A stretch of DNA of 64,000 nt from an uncultured Clostridium sp. (GCA_964490375.1 CAZBAZ010000002.1:4448-68447), one strand, 5' to 3'. Positions 38,485-49,264 are shown, counted from the first letter of the stretch. Program-made: numbers and translations. The notes: generated by a model from the sequence alone, not told the origin.

Positions 38485-40182
38485 TTACTTTTTTTCTAAT
38501 TTTGTATATGCAACTTTACCAACTAAAGTTTTAGGTAAAGAATCCAAAAACTCATACTCACTTGGAAGAGAATATTTGGCCAAATTTTCTTCACAATAAC
38601 TCTTAATACTATTCATAACTTCTTTAGAAGGTTTAACACCATCATTTAGTACAATAAATGCTTTAGCAACTTGTACTTTTTTAGGATGAGGTATACCAAT
38701 AACAGTACATGTAAACACATCAGGATGAGAATTAATTATAGTTTCAATATAACTTGGATACAAATTATAGCCATTAGAAACTATCATCCTTTTAACTCTT
38801 TGCTTAAAATAAACAAAACCATCTTCATCAATACATCCAACATCCCCAGTATGAAGCCATACTTTTCCATCCGCATGTTTTTGTAATGCATGAATAGTTT
38901 CTTCTACATTATTTATATAACCAAGCATAACAGTTGGTCCATTAATGCATATTTCTCCATCAACATTATATCCAACTTCTTCATGAGTACCTATTTTCAC
39001 AATTTTATACATTGTATCCGGAAATGGAATACCAATAGAATTATCTCTATATTCACCAGTAGGTGTTGCACAAGTAGCCGCAGAGGCTTCTGTTAAACCA
39101 TAACCAACTCTTATTTCAGCACTACTTCCATGTTCCTTAAAATATTCATCAACTTTATGCTTTAAATCAGAAGACATAAAGTCTCCACCAGAAATTGCAC
39201 ATTTTAAATAAGATAAATCCTTCTTACCTAACTTCATTTTTAATAAACTTTCAAACAATGATGGAACTGCACATACAATAGAAATTTTATGCTTACAAAG
39301 TAATTTGCCGAATTCTTTAGGAGAAAAGTTAGGTACTAAAACAACTCTCATCCCACAACACAATGTAGTATGAATACATACACCTAATCCAAAACCATGA
39401 AATATTGGAAGTATTGCTAAAATAGATTCTCCTGGCCCAGACTGTTCAATCATTTTATGTGAAGCAAGAGCAAGAGAATTAAAATTATAATTTGAAAGCA
39501 TTATTCCTTTTGGGGAACCACTAGTTCCCCCACTATATAAAATAACAGCTGGATCTTGAGCCTTTCTCAAACAAACAAATTCTCCATCATAATCATATCC
39601 AAAATTCAAAAATTCTCTCCATGTCATAATATCATCAGTATGTTCAATTTTAGGTGTTTCTCCACGAGACCTAAACTTATATATAAACTTCTTTATATTT
39701 TTTAAATTATCTCCTACAGAACCAACAACTATTTTATTAACATTTGTATTATCAACAATCTTACGTACTTTTTCATACACTAAATCAAGTACAAACAAAA
39801 AATTACTATCTGATTCATTTAAATATAATTCAATTTCATTTTCAGCAGATAAAGGATGAACCATACAAGCAATAGCTCCAACCATATTAACTGCATAGAA
39901 CATAATAACCGCACTAGGTGTATTAGGCATACAAATAGTTACTTTGTCATTTTCCTTTACTCCCTGAGCCTTTAATGACATAGCTGTTTCTCTTATTTGC
40001 TCATAAAATGTTCTATAAGTACATGTACTACCATAAAACTCATAAGCAACCTCTTCTGGATATTTAGAAACCGCTTCTAACAAATACCCAACCATTGAAG
40101 ACTCACTATATTTTAAATGTTCACCTACACCCTTATAATATTTAACCCATGGTGTATTATTCTTTAATTTCGATTTTTTCAT
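38485..40182 (-). CDS. AMP-dependent synthetase/ligase (acyl-CoA synthetase family)
   Basis: YSGGTSGSPKG AMP-binding P-loop, GYGLTE, and a C-terminal GKV..K motif. Confidence 0.85.
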   Translation of the reverse strand: MKKSKLKNNTPWVKYYKGVGEHLKYSESSMVGYLLEAVSKYPEEVAYEFYGSTCTYRTFYEQIRETAMSLKAQGVKENDKVTICMPNTPSAVIMFYAVNMVGAIACMVHPLSAENEIELYLNESDSNFLFVLDLVYEKVRKIVDNTNVNKIVVGSVGDNLKNIKKFIYKFRSRGETPKIEHTDDIMTWREFLNFGYDYDGEFVCLRKAQDPAVILYSGGTSGSPKGIMLSNYNFNSLALASHKMIEQSGPGESILAILPIFHGFGLGVCIHTTLCCGMRVVLVPNFSPKEFGKLLCKHKISIVCAVPSLFESLLKMKLGKKDLSYLKCAISGGDFMSSDLKHKVDEYFKEHGSSAEIRVGYGLTEASAATCATPTGEYRDNSIGIPFPDTMYKIVKIGTHEEVGYNVDGEICINGPTVMLGYINNVEETIHALQKHADGKVWLHTGDVGCIDEDGFVYFKQRVKRMIVSNGYNLYPSYIETIINSHPDVFTCTVIGIPHPKKVQVAKAFIVLNDGVKPSKEVMNSIKSYCEENLAKYSLPSEYEFLDSLPKTLVGKVAYTKLEKK

Positions 40183-41038
40183 CTGCTCTATCCTCCAGTA
40201 ATTTTGGATGTTCTATAATATATTGTAAATATTTTAAAGATTTAGCAAAATAATATCCATCAGCAATTCTTTCATCCATATTAATACCAAAATCACAAAC
40301 ATCAATTATTTTTTCTTTTCCTTTTTCATCAAGAACCTTTTCTTTATGTATCTTACCCATTGTACCAATAATTGAACTGGTTCCAAAATTAACTATATTA
40401 TGATAAATTGAGCCAATACCAAAATTACCTAAATTTGAAAGTATTGCAGTACTATAATATAAATTATCTTTTGTAAAGCTTTCTGGTAACCATCCATGAT
40501 TATCCATTATTTTTAATATTCCAATAATAAATACTCTTAAAAACTTAGGAAATTTACCAATAATATCAACAACATTATTAGTTCCATCTTTTTTCTTGTC
40601 TTTTTTACCATCACGAACTTTATTTACTCTTTTAGAAATTTTATCTCTTAATGTAAAAATATTATCATCAGGATCAACAGTAATATTTATCATTACTTCT
40701 TCACTTTTATCTTCAAATGCAACTTTAGCTATAAAAGCAAGAACGACATCATTTCTATCATAAAAAGTTCTATTAGTTATAAATCTATTCATTAATGGTC
40801 TATTGTATACTGTTTTAGCAAATGCAGTCATAAATGCATGAAAAAAAGTAATCTTATTTTCAGGATCTTCTTTTTTCTTTTGTTCAATATATTTAACTAA
40901 ATTAGTAACATCAAATTTTTGATTAATATAAACATCCGAATCACATCTTTCAGGTTTAATATCAATCATTATTTTATGAAAACCATCTATATCTCTAACT
41001 TTTTTTCCATCTCTTCTATCGCCAAATCTTCTTTTCAT
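40157..41038 (-). CDS. standalone 2-oxoacid-dehydrogenase-E2-like (CAT-fold) acyltransferase domain protein with DER in place of DHR
   Basis: FHAFMTAFAKTVYNRPLMN and TAILSNLGNFG...IIG blocks. C-terminal MDERIADGYYFAKSLKYLQYIIEHPKLL aligns with E2 DHRxxDG...E.P.ll. The GAA (Glu) codon was confirmed on the DNA. It overlaps the ligase gene by 26 nt. Confidence 0.55.
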   Translation of the reverse strand: MKRRFGDRRDGKKVRDIDGFHKIMIDIKPERCDSDVYINQKFDVTNLVKYIEQKKKEDPENKITFFHAFMTAFAKTVYNRPLMNRFITNRTFYDRNDVVLAFIAKVAFEDKSEEVMINITVDPDDNIFTLRDKISKRVNKVRDGKKDKKKDGTNNVVDIIGKFPKFLRVFIIGILKIMDNHGWLPESFTKDNLYYSTAILSNLGNFGIGSIYHNIVNFGTSSIIGTMGKIHKEKVLDEKGKEKIIDVCDFGINMDERIADGYYFAKSLKYLQYIIEHPKLLEDRADEKIEIKE

Positions 41039-41093
41039 ATTTACCTCACATAAATATTATAGATAATTTGAGTCTCAAATGCAAGTTAATAGA

Positions 41094-42056
41094 TTAAGCA
41101 AGAAAAACATAAGCATAATATATCAAAAATATAAATATCATAATACTTCCTTCTAATTTAGAAAGTACTTTATCATTTCTTGCAAATAAATAAAATACAA
41201 CTACAGCCACAACTACAGCAGCAATATCAATTAAGTTAAAACTTGATGATGCAAATCCACCATATATTAATAATGGAAGACCAAGAACTATTCCTATATT
41301 AAATATATTAGTACCAATAATATTACCAAGTGCTATATCAAATTCTCCTTTTTTAGATGCTAGTACTGTCATTGTCATTTCAGGTAATGATGTTCCAATT
41401 ACAACAACTGTCATAGTAATTATCTTTTCACTTACACCCAATAGTGAAGCTAATATCTTTGCATTATCTACAACTATATCACTTGAATAAACTATAACAA
41501 AACAGCAAACAATAGTAATCAACATAGATACCCATATATTATATTTAGGCTTGGCATATTCAAATAAGCCCTGCTTTGACTTAATAATAGAAACAATATA
41601 AAATATAAATACTGAAAATAAAAATATAAAAATTAAACCATCGGTTCTATTCAATATAAAACTCATATTATTTTCAAAAATATAATGAAATGCAATTGAT
41701 ATTGCAAACATAATAGTAGTCAAAAGTAATATTGGTAATTCTTTTTTAATAACCTCATCTTTAACTTTAATAGGATTAACAAAAGCAGCTAACCCAATTA
41801 TTAACAAAATATTAACAACATTACTACCAAGTACATTAGCAAGTGCAATATTACCACTACCACTAGAAATACTATTAAAGGATATAGCTAACTCTGGAGC
41901 ACATGTCCCAAAAGCAGCAACAGTAAGAGCTATCATCATTTTAGACACTTTAAAATTATTAGCAAGAGAACTAACAGCATCAACAAATAAATCAGAAAAT
42001 TTTACTAACAATACAAAACCAATTAATAACAATATAATAGTTTTAACATACTCCAT
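41094..42056 (-). CDS. Na+/Ca2+ exchanger family (CaCA, YrbG-like) membrane protein
   Basis: Two alpha-repeats, GTSLPEM and GNIIGTNIFNIGIVLG. Start moved to MEYVKTII, which has a GGTGA RBS. Confidence 0.75.
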   Translation of the reverse strand: MEYVKTIILLLIGFVLLVKFSDLFVDAVSSLANNFKVSKMMIALTVAAFGTCAPELAISFNSISSGSGNIALANVLGSNVVNILLIIGLAAFVNPIKVKDEVIKKELPILLLTTIMFAISIAFHYIFENNMSFILNRTDGLIFIFLFSVFIFYIVSIIKSKQGLFEYAKPKYNIWVSMLITIVCCFVIVYSSDIVVDNAKILASLLGVSEKIITMTVVVIGTSLPEMTMTVLASKKGEFDIALGNIIGTNIFNIGIVLGLPLLIYGGFASSSFNLIDIAAVVVAVVVFYLFARNDKVLSKLEGSIMIFIFLIYYAYVFLA

Positions 42057-42150
42057 AAAATCACCTATTCTAGAATCATTATAAAACAAAAAACACACTT
42101 TTAAAACATTATTTTCACCTATTAGTGTAAACTAAAACCTTTAGATTATC

Positions 42151-43086
42151 CTAAAGGTCTTCATCTTTATCATATTGTTCAAATAATTTATCAATGTTTT
42201 TAGTTGGTAATAGCATATAATTATCTTTATTTATTTTGATTTCAAATTTTTTATCATTATGTAATAATTCATCACCATCTATACACCATGATGGAGGAAC
42301 TTCATCAAATTCAAATTTAATGTTATCGGTTTTATAATATTTAAATACTGGAATATCATTAAGTTCTCTTCTCTTTAAATAATGTATAGCTTTTAGAATA
42401 TCCCATTTATTTTTTATATTACATAATAATACCTCAAATTTATTATCATCTAATTTAACATCATCATAAATATTATTTACTCCACCAACTCTATTACTAT
42501 TAGTTATAAACATAAATGAAAACTCATCTTCATAAGTTTCACCATTTACAGTATACTTTACTTTATAGAATTGTAAATGTTGTTTTAATTGCTTAATTCC
42601 ATACATAACATATGCGAGTTTTCCATATTTTTCCTTAAGCTTTCTAGGGGTTGCATAAGAAATATCAACCCACGCTCCTATACACGCAACATATACAAAT
42701 GGGTTGTCATTTATTAGACACACATCAATATTTTTTCTTGCTCCATTTAAAAGCATTAATGTATTCTTAATAGTATTATTAGACATACCATACATATGTG
42801 CTACATCATTAACACTTCCAAGAGGTAAATGTCCTAATAGAATTGGTTTATGTCTTTCTATATTACCAGAAATTACTTCATTTAAAGTTCCATCTCCACC
42901 AGCACACAATAATAAATCAACATCATCCATTTTCTTAACTAACTCTTTGGCATGACCTTTATATTCAGTATAAATAATTTGAGTATCATATCCATAATTC
43001 TCAAGTAATTTATAAAGTCTTTTTATTTCATTTCTATTTGTTAATTTTCCACTATTAGGATTATAAATTACAACACATTTAAGCAT
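42151..43086 (-). CDS. diacylglycerol-kinase-family lipid kinase (YegS/DagK-like)
   Basis: MLKCVVIYNPNSG...CAGGDGTLNEV catalytic GGDG motif. Start moved from the track's 43146 to ATG 43084-86. Confidence 0.75.
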   Translation of the reverse strand: MLKCVVIYNPNSGKLTNRNEIKRLYKLLENYGYDTQIIYTEYKGHAKELVKKMDDVDLLLCAGGDGTLNEVISGNIERHKPILLGHLPLGSVNDVAHMYGMSNNTIKNTLMLLNGARKNIDVCLINDNPFVYVACIGAWVDISYATPRKLKEKYGKLAYVMYGIKQLKQHLQFYKVKYTVNGETYEDEFSFMFITNSNRVGGVNNIYDDVKLDDNKFEVLLCNIKNKWDILKAIHYLKRRELNDIPVFKYYKTDNIKFEFDEVPPSWCIDGDELLHNDKKFEIKINKDNYMLLPTKNIDKLFEQYDKDEDL

Positions 43087-43213
43087 AAAATCATTCCTTT
43101 TTCTAGAATATATTATATCATTAAAAAATATATAAGTAAAATTCAAAATAGTATAATTATTTATTTTGCTGTAAAGAATAATATTGTGATATACTTATAT
43201 AGTTGGGGTCAAT

Positions 43214-45286
43214 ATGAAAAAGAAAAAAACAAAGTTTATAGATAAATTTTTTATAGTAATTATTTCTTTAATATTATTCACACTTTTAATAGGATGTGGA
43301 TTTTTATATTACATTTATTTATGTTCTCCAGAATTTGACCCAGAGCTTTTATATACAAAAGAGTCTACTAATATTTATGATTCTAAAGGTGAATTAATTA
43401 CAACTATTGGAACTGAAAGAAGACAATTAGTAAGTTATGATGAATTACCTCAAGTATTAATAGATGCAATTGTTGCAACAGAAGATTCAAGATTCTATGA
43501 ACATCATGGATTTGATATATATAGATTTGTAAAAGCAGGAGCAAGTTTCATAAGTGGGAAAAATGCAGGTGGTGCATCTACTCTAACAATGCAAATATCA
43601 AAAAATTCATTAACAAGTACTGAGTCACAAGGATTTGATGGCATAGTAAGGAAATTTGAAGACATATATCTATCAGTATTTAAAATTGAAAGAAAATATT
43701 CTAAAAAAGAAATAATGGAATTCTATGTAAACGCTCCATATTTAGGTTCAGGAACATATGGTGTAGAAATGGCATCAAAAACATATTTTGGTAAAAGTGT
43801 TTCAAATTTAAATTTAGTTGAAGCAGCAACCATAGCAGGATTATTTCAAGCCCCAAATGAATATGATCCATATATAAATCCAGAAAAAGCTAATAGTAGA
43901 AAAAATACAGTTATTGATTTAATGTTAAGACATGGATATATTAGTAAAGAACAAGCAAACGAAGCAAAAAAGAAAGAGGTAAAAGACTTAATATTAGAGC
44001 AAAATACAGAAATAAATGAATACCAAGGTTTTATAGATACAGTAGTTCAAGAAGTAATCGATAGAACAGGAGATAACCCATATGAAACATCCATGGATAT
44101 TTATACAACCATGGTTAGAAGTAAACAAGATGTAATAAATAATTTTTATAAAAACCATAAATTCAAAGATAACAAAGTTCAAGTTGGAATAGGAATAATT
44201 GACAATGAAACAGGGGCAATAATAGCTGTAGGTGCTGGAAGAAACAAAAAATCTGCTTTATCTCTTAACTATGCAACTCAAATAAGCAGACATCCAGGAA
44301 GCACAGCAAAACCTTTATTTGATTATGGACCAGGTATAGAATATTTAAATTGGTCTACATATACCCCATTCATAGATAAACCAGTTAAATACACAAATGG
44401 TGGCACAATGAGAAACGTTGATGGAAAATATCAAGGATTTTTAACATTAGAACAATGTTTAGTTAGATCAAGAAACACATGTGCACTACAAGCATTCCAA
44501 TCATTAAGTAATTCTAAAATTGATAAGTTTGTTACATCACTTGGTATCAAACCAGAATATCTAAGTAATTCTAAATATATAAATGAAGCACATTCAATAG
44601 GAGGTTTCACAGGAGTATCTCCAGTACAATTAGCCGCAGCTTATGCAGCATTTGGCAATGGAGGATATTATACTGAACCACATTCAATAAATAAAATTGT
44701 TTATAAAGACAACAAAACAAATCACGTAGAAGAATTTAATTTTAAGAAAAATAAAGTCATGAAAGAAACAACAGCTTACATGATTTCATACATGCTAAAA
44801 AAAGTAACATCATCAAAAGTAAAAGTTAGTGGTACAGACATATCTACTAAAACAGGAACAAGTAGTTATGATGAAAAAGCACTAAAAAAATTACATTTAT
44901 CAACAAATGTTATTAGAGATGCTTGGACAGTTACATATAGCCCAGATTACAGTGTTGCAATATGGTATGGTTATGATGAGCTTACTAAAAAAACATACAA
45001 CACAGCAAATCACGCATGGAGTGAAAGAGTTAAAATTCAAAAAGAAATTGTTAACAATGTTATGGAAAAAAATTCTAAATTCAAAAAACCATCAGGTTTA
45101 GTGGTATCTAAAGTAGTTGTTGGTACAAACCCACCAAAATTACCAAACTCAAGTACACCTTCTTCAAAAATACAAACTCACCTATTTATAAAAGGAACTG
45201 AGCCTAAACAAACAGTAGCTTATGAAAAACCAAAAGTAGAAAATAACAATGAAGAAGAAAGTATACCAGAAGAAATAGCGCCATAA
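43214..45286 (+). CDS. class A penicillin-binding protein (transglycosylase + transpeptidase), PBP1A family
   Basis: GT51 motifs EDSRFYEHHGFD and RKxxE. Transpeptidase GSTAKP (SxxK), SRN, KTGT. Confidence 0.9.
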   Translation: MKKKKTKFIDKFFIVIISLILFTLLIGCGFLYYIYLCSPEFDPELLYTKESTNIYDSKGELITTIGTERRQLVSYDELPQVLIDAIVATEDSRFYEHHGFDIYRFVKAGASFISGKNAGGASTLTMQISKNSLTSTESQGFDGIVRKFEDIYLSVFKIERKYSKKEIMEFYVNAPYLGSGTYGVEMASKTYFGKSVSNLNLVEAATIAGLFQAPNEYDPYINPEKANSRKNTVIDLMLRHGYISKEQANEAKKKEVKDLILEQNTEINEYQGFIDTVVQEVIDRTGDNPYETSMDIYTTMVRSKQDVINNFYKNHKFKDNKVQVGIGIIDNETGAIIAVGAGRNKKSALSLNYATQISRHPGSTAKPLFDYGPGIEYLNWSTYTPFIDKPVKYTNGGTMRNVDGKYQGFLTLEQCLVRSRNTCALQAFQSLSNSKIDKFVTSLGIKPEYLSNSKYINEAHSIGGFTGVSPVQLAAAYAAFGNGGYYTEPHSINKIVYKDNKTNHVEEFNFKKNKVMKETTAYMISYMLKKVTSSKVKVSGTDISTKTGTSSYDEKALKKLHLSTNVIRDAWTVTYSPDYSVAIWYGYDELTKKTYNTANHAWSERVKIQKEIVNNVMEKNSKFKKPSGLVVSKVVVGTNPPKLPNSSTPSSKIQTHLFIKGTEPKQTVAYEKPKVENNNEEESIPEEIAP

Positions 45287-45317
45287 AAAAATATATAGTT
45301 ATCAACACTATATATTT

Positions 45318-45833
45318 TTAATTGATATAATCTATAATTTTACCTTCAAAAAGTTTATTATAATTTAATTCTTTTATCAAATCTTCAGGCTTAAATATAT
45401 TATCAGTTTTTTCTATTAATTTAACTTCCTCATCAGATAATACTTCATAAACAAATTCTGAACAATAATATTTATTTCTATGTAATTTAATTTTAAAATA
45501 AGCAAGCAATAGTCCCATAATATTATATCCCCTATTAGTCTCTTTAATATTTCTAACTTTCTTTTTTATTTGATTATATTTTTCTTTTGAGATTTTAACC
45601 TCATAAATAGCAATTAAAGAACCATTATTAGTAAATAAACCTTTATCTAATTTTTCATGATTAAATACTCCGTAAAAAGGAAAATATCTATATTTTCTAC
45701 CAAATGAATACATATGTTTACATTCCCTATCAAAAGAAATTGAAACATGAGAATACTTATCATGAGTAAAAAATTTAATCATTCTAGCAATACCACTATA
45801 TGTTTGAGTTAATACTATATAAATACTTTCCAT
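45318..45833 (-). CDS. permuted papain-like (YiiX/YaeF, C92-type) cysteine hydrolase
   Basis: His block DKYSHVSISFD precedes Cys block YYCSEFVYEV, the permuted NlpC/P60 order. Confidence 0.45.
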   Translation of the reverse strand: MESIYIVLTQTYSGIARMIKFFTHDKYSHVSISFDRECKHMYSFGRKYRYFPFYGVFNHEKLDKGLFTNNGSLIAIYEVKISKEKYNQIKKKVRNIKETNRGYNIMGLLLAYFKIKLHRNKYYCSEFVYEVLSDEEVKLIEKTDNIFKPEDLIKELNYNKLFEGKIIDYIN

Positions 45834-45834
45834 A

Positions 45835-46485
45835 TTATTTTCCCCTTTCCATTACACTTAAATATGTTTGAGGAATCCCCATATCAATATGTACTCTTTC
45901 ACGAGTTACTGGATTAATAAAATCTAAACAATTAGCAAGAAGCATCATATTTCTATATCCATCTTTTTTACCATATTTTCTATCACCAAGAATTGGAGTA
46001 TTATTATCTAGCATATGAACTCTAATTTGATTTTTTCTACCTGTCAAAATATTAATTTTTAATAAAGAATATTGTTTATTATAATCTAATCTTTTATAAT
46101 GAGTTTCTGCATACTTACCATTTACTTTATCATCAGAACTATAACTATATAATGTTTTAGTTTCTTTCAAATATGATTTAATTATTCCACTTTCATTAGT
46201 AATTCCATGTACAATAGCAATATATTCTCTTTTAACATTATCCCAGTTTAATTGTAAATTATCTCTTACACTTTCACTTTTAGCAAATATTACAAGTCCA
46301 CTAGTATCTTTATCTAATCTATGAACAACAAATATTTTTTGATTTTTTTTATGCAAATAATCAAATACCATAGAATATAAATTATCTTTATAATTAACAC
46401 TTTTAATCGTAGGTATTCCATTTTTTTTATAAACAACAATTAAATTTTTATCTTCATAATATATCTTCAATTTTTCTTTTTTCAT
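45835..46485 (-). CDS. RluA-family pseudouridine synthase
   Basis: HRLDKDTSGLVIFAK catalytic Asp motif. Confidence 0.85.
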   Translation of the reverse strand: MKKEKLKIYYEDKNLIVVYKKNGIPTIKSVNYKDNLYSMVFDYLHKKNQKIFVVHRLDKDTSGLVIFAKSESVRDNLQLNWDNVKREYIAIVHGITNESGIIKSYLKETKTLYSYSSDDKVNGKYAETHYKRLDYNKQYSLLKINILTGRKNQIRVHMLDNNTPILGDRKYGKKDGYRNMMLLANCLDFINPVTRERVHIDMGIPQTYLSVMERGK

Positions 46486-46495
46486 ATTACTCCTA

Positions 46496-47203
46496 TTAAT
46501 GCAAAAATTGACTCAAGATTAAAATGATTACTCCAATCAATAAACCAAGTCTTAACTCTTTATCTTTAAAATGCTCTTTTATTTCACATAACAATTCAAA
46601 AAATGCAATATATATAAGCATACCCAAAGTAACAGATATAAGTACTCCAAGAATATTATCACTCATAGTAATATTAAATATATTTAAGAATATTACTCCA
46701 AATATACTCGAAAAAGCAAGAATACATAATAGCATAATTTTTTCACGTTTATTTTTTATCAAAGAAGATATTTGAATACCAAGAGGTATATTATGAAAAG
46801 AAACACCTAATGCCATAAATATTCCAACAGAAATATTAGTAATAGAAGTAGCATATATTCCAGTTCCTTCAACTAAATTATGCAAAAATAAAGCGATAAA
46901 AGAAATAATACCAATATGTTCCATATGATCTTTTTTATTCGAATGATGATGATCAGGAACAAATAAATCAAGTGACTTTAATATAACTATTCCAATTAAA
47001 ATATATAACAATATTAACCACATATTTTTTATAGATTCAATACATTCAGGTAATAAATCAAATAATATCAAACCAATAATAATTATAAAAGAAAAACCAA
47101 CAGAAAAAATAGTCAACTTTCTTTCATTTTTAATAAACTTTGTAATTAAATATCCTATAAAAAAAGATAAACCACTCAATATAGTAATAACAAATGGTAA
47201 CAT
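46496..47203 (-). CDS. ZIP-family metal cation transporter (ZupT-like)
   Basis: HHHSNKKDHMEH His-rich loop. HNLVEG and HNIPLG metal-site motifs. Confidence 0.75.
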   Translation of the reverse strand: MLPFVITILSGLSFFIGYLITKFIKNERKLTIFSVGFSFIIIIGLILFDLLPECIESIKNMWLILLYILIGIVILKSLDLFVPDHHHSNKKDHMEHIGIISFIALFLHNLVEGTGIYATSITNISVGIFMALGVSFHNIPLGIQISSLIKNKREKIMLLCILAFSSIFGVIFLNIFNITMSDNILGVLISVTLGMLIYIAFFELLCEIKEHFKDKELRLGLLIGVIILILSQFLH

Positions 47204-47267
47204 ATTTATTCACCTCAAAATCATATAAATTATATCATTTTTTTATAAAAAATAGTATAATAGCATT

Positions 47268-47984
47268 ATGAAAAATATAGAATTATTACAAAAAATGATT
47301 GATGAGTCAAATAACATAGTGTTTTTTGGTGGTGCTGGAGTATCTACAGAAAGTGGAATAAAAGACTTTAGAAGTAAAGATGGACTTTATAATATGAAAT
47401 ATAAATACCCACCAGAATTAATATTAAGTAGAGCTTTCTTTTATGAAAAAACAGATGAATTTTTTAAATTCTACAAAGATAAATTAAATTGTTTAGATAA
47501 AAAGCCAAACATAGTTCATAACTATTTAAGTGATTTAGAAAAATGTGGCAAATTAAAAGCTATAATTACACAAAATATAGATGGTTTACATACAAAAGCA
47601 GGAAATAAAACAATATATGAATTACATGGAACAATTTATAGAAATTATTGTACTAAATGTAGTAAATCATATGATGCAGAATATGTTTTTAATTCAAAAG
47701 GAATACCACTATGTGAATGTGGTGGCATAATTAAACCTGCAGTTGTACTGTTTGGAGAAGCATTGCCAAACTTTGAATTTAATAAATCAATAGAAGCAAT
47801 TAAAAATGCTAATATGTTAATAGTTGCCGGAACATCACTAACAGTATTCCCTGCAAATACATTAATAAATTATTTTAATGGTAAATATTTGGTAATTATT
47901 AATAAAAGTACAACTGATTTTGATAGTAAAGCTAACTTAGTAATAAATGAAAACATGAAAAAAATATTTAGCGAACTACACTAA
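47268..47984 (+). CDS. NAD-dependent protein deacylase (Sir2/CobB family)
   Basis: GAGVSTESGIKDFRS, TQNIDGLH, zinc ribbon CTKC...CECGG. Confidence 0.85.
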   Translation: MKNIELLQKMIDESNNIVFFGGAGVSTESGIKDFRSKDGLYNMKYKYPPELILSRAFFYEKTDEFFKFYKDKLNCLDKKPNIVHNYLSDLEKCGKLKAIITQNIDGLHTKAGNKTIYELHGTIYRNYCTKCSKSYDAEYVFNSKGIPLCECGGIIKPAVVLFGEALPNFEFNKSIEAIKNANMLIVAGTSLTVFPANTLINYFNGKYLVIINKSTTDFDSKANLVINENMKKIFSELH

Positions 47985-47995
47985 ATATTTTTATT

Positions 47996-48694
47996 TTATA
48001 TAATTTTTTTATCTTCTCTTGACTTTTGATTAACAAATTTTATTGTAATAACATCTGCACATATAATAAAAACATAAAAAGATAAAACAGCTTTATTACT
48101 TCCTTGTAATACTAAATAATCATATATTCCATGAATTAATAATGGAGTTAATAATGCCAAGAATTTATTTTTAAATGCATTAGGCAATTTATTTATTTCA
48201 CAATGTTTAGCAATAGATAAAAATGAACCCATAAATATTCCACATGTAGCATGCAAAGGTATAGATGTAATTGCTCTAAATATGCCAACGCCTATCCCTC
48301 CAATATAAATATAAAGAATATTTTCAAACAAAGCAAATCCCAAAGACACAAATGTTGCATAAACTATCATATCAAATGAAGAATCAAATTCTTTATCATT
48401 ATAACCAAATTTATACAAAAATAAAAACTTAAAACCTTCTTCAACAAATGCAATTCCAAAAAATACATAAATCATTCTCTCAATTACACTTAATGTATTA
48501 ATATCACTTACTTTTAAAAAAGGAATAATGTTATCAATTACAAAGGAAAAAATTAATGCACAAATAGCAGAAGCCGCACCACAACATAATAATTTTACTA
48601 ATAATTTAGCTGGTTCTTTTTCTTTATCTTTCTTATAAATATAATATCCAATCAAAAAGACCGGTAAAAAAGATATAAATAATTCTATAAGCAT
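47996..48694 (-). CDS. PrsW-family intramembrane protease
   Basis: FVEEGFKF (EExxK), FENILY, HATCG and HGIYDY His motifs in a 6-TM protein. Confidence 0.55.
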   Translation of the reverse strand: MLIELFISFLPVFLIGYYIYKKDKEKEPAKLLVKLLCCGAASAICALIFSFVIDNIIPFLKVSDINTLSVIERMIYVFFGIAFVEEGFKFLFLYKFGYNDKEFDSSFDMIVYATFVSLGFALFENILYIYIGGIGVGIFRAITSIPLHATCGIFMGSFLSIAKHCEINKLPNAFKNKFLALLTPLLIHGIYDYLVLQGSNKAVLSFYVFIICADVITIKFVNQKSREDKKII

Positions 48695-48739
48695 CTAATC
48701 ACCTACTATTAATAGTATAACAAATTAAAAAAGAATAAT

Positions 48740-49264
48740 CTATGAAATTATCCCTTTTAACACACCATATGACAATATCATCATAATTATACTTGCCATA
48801 ATTATACCACCTAATGCAGCAAAAAATGATTTTTTCCTATCCATATTTAATAAAGAAGCAATTAAACACCCTGTCCAAGCCCCAGTTCCAGGTAATGGAA
48901 TACCAATAAATATTAATAATCCAAAATATCCATATTTTTCAATTTGTCCTTTATTTTTATCAGATTTTTTATGTAACCATTTAGCAAATTTATTCATCCA
49001 TTTAATATTACTTTTTTCCATCCATTCTAATATTTTGTTAATAAATAATAATATAAAAGGAACAGGTAAAACATTACCAAGAATAGATATAATATATGCT
49101 CTTACTGGAGAAACATTCAAAAGTGAAGCAGCAAGTAATCCTCCTCTTAATTCCAATATAGGCAATATTGATATAATAAAAACAAGTACTTCCTTTCCAT
49201 ACTTCATTGCAAGTAAACCACTAAATAAATCTATAATACAATTAATTAAACTTTCCATATTCAT
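48740..49264 (-). CDS. small multidrug-export-like membrane protein (COG2426)
   Basis: LPILELRGGL motif, 4-5 TM helices. The start is probably MESLIN at 49258. Confidence 0.45.
   Translation of the reverse strand: MNMESLINCIIDLFSGLLAMKYGKEVLVFIISILPILELRGGLLAASLLNVSPVRAYIISILGNVLPVPFILLFINKILEWMEKSNIKWMNKFAKWLHKKSDKNKGQIEKYGYFGLLIFIGIPLPGTGAWTGCLIASLLNMDRKKSFFAALGGIIMASIIMMILSYGVLKGIIS

Noticed and set aside
37594-39096. Small plus-strand ORFs of 68-74 aa
   Set aside because: Antisense to the FAD oxidoreductase and acyl-CoA ligase genes. They are AT-rich frame artefacts. The same reasoning applies to 8835, 16408, 42704, 43994, 44907, 46524, 49035, 55479, 58920, 60187 and 63493.
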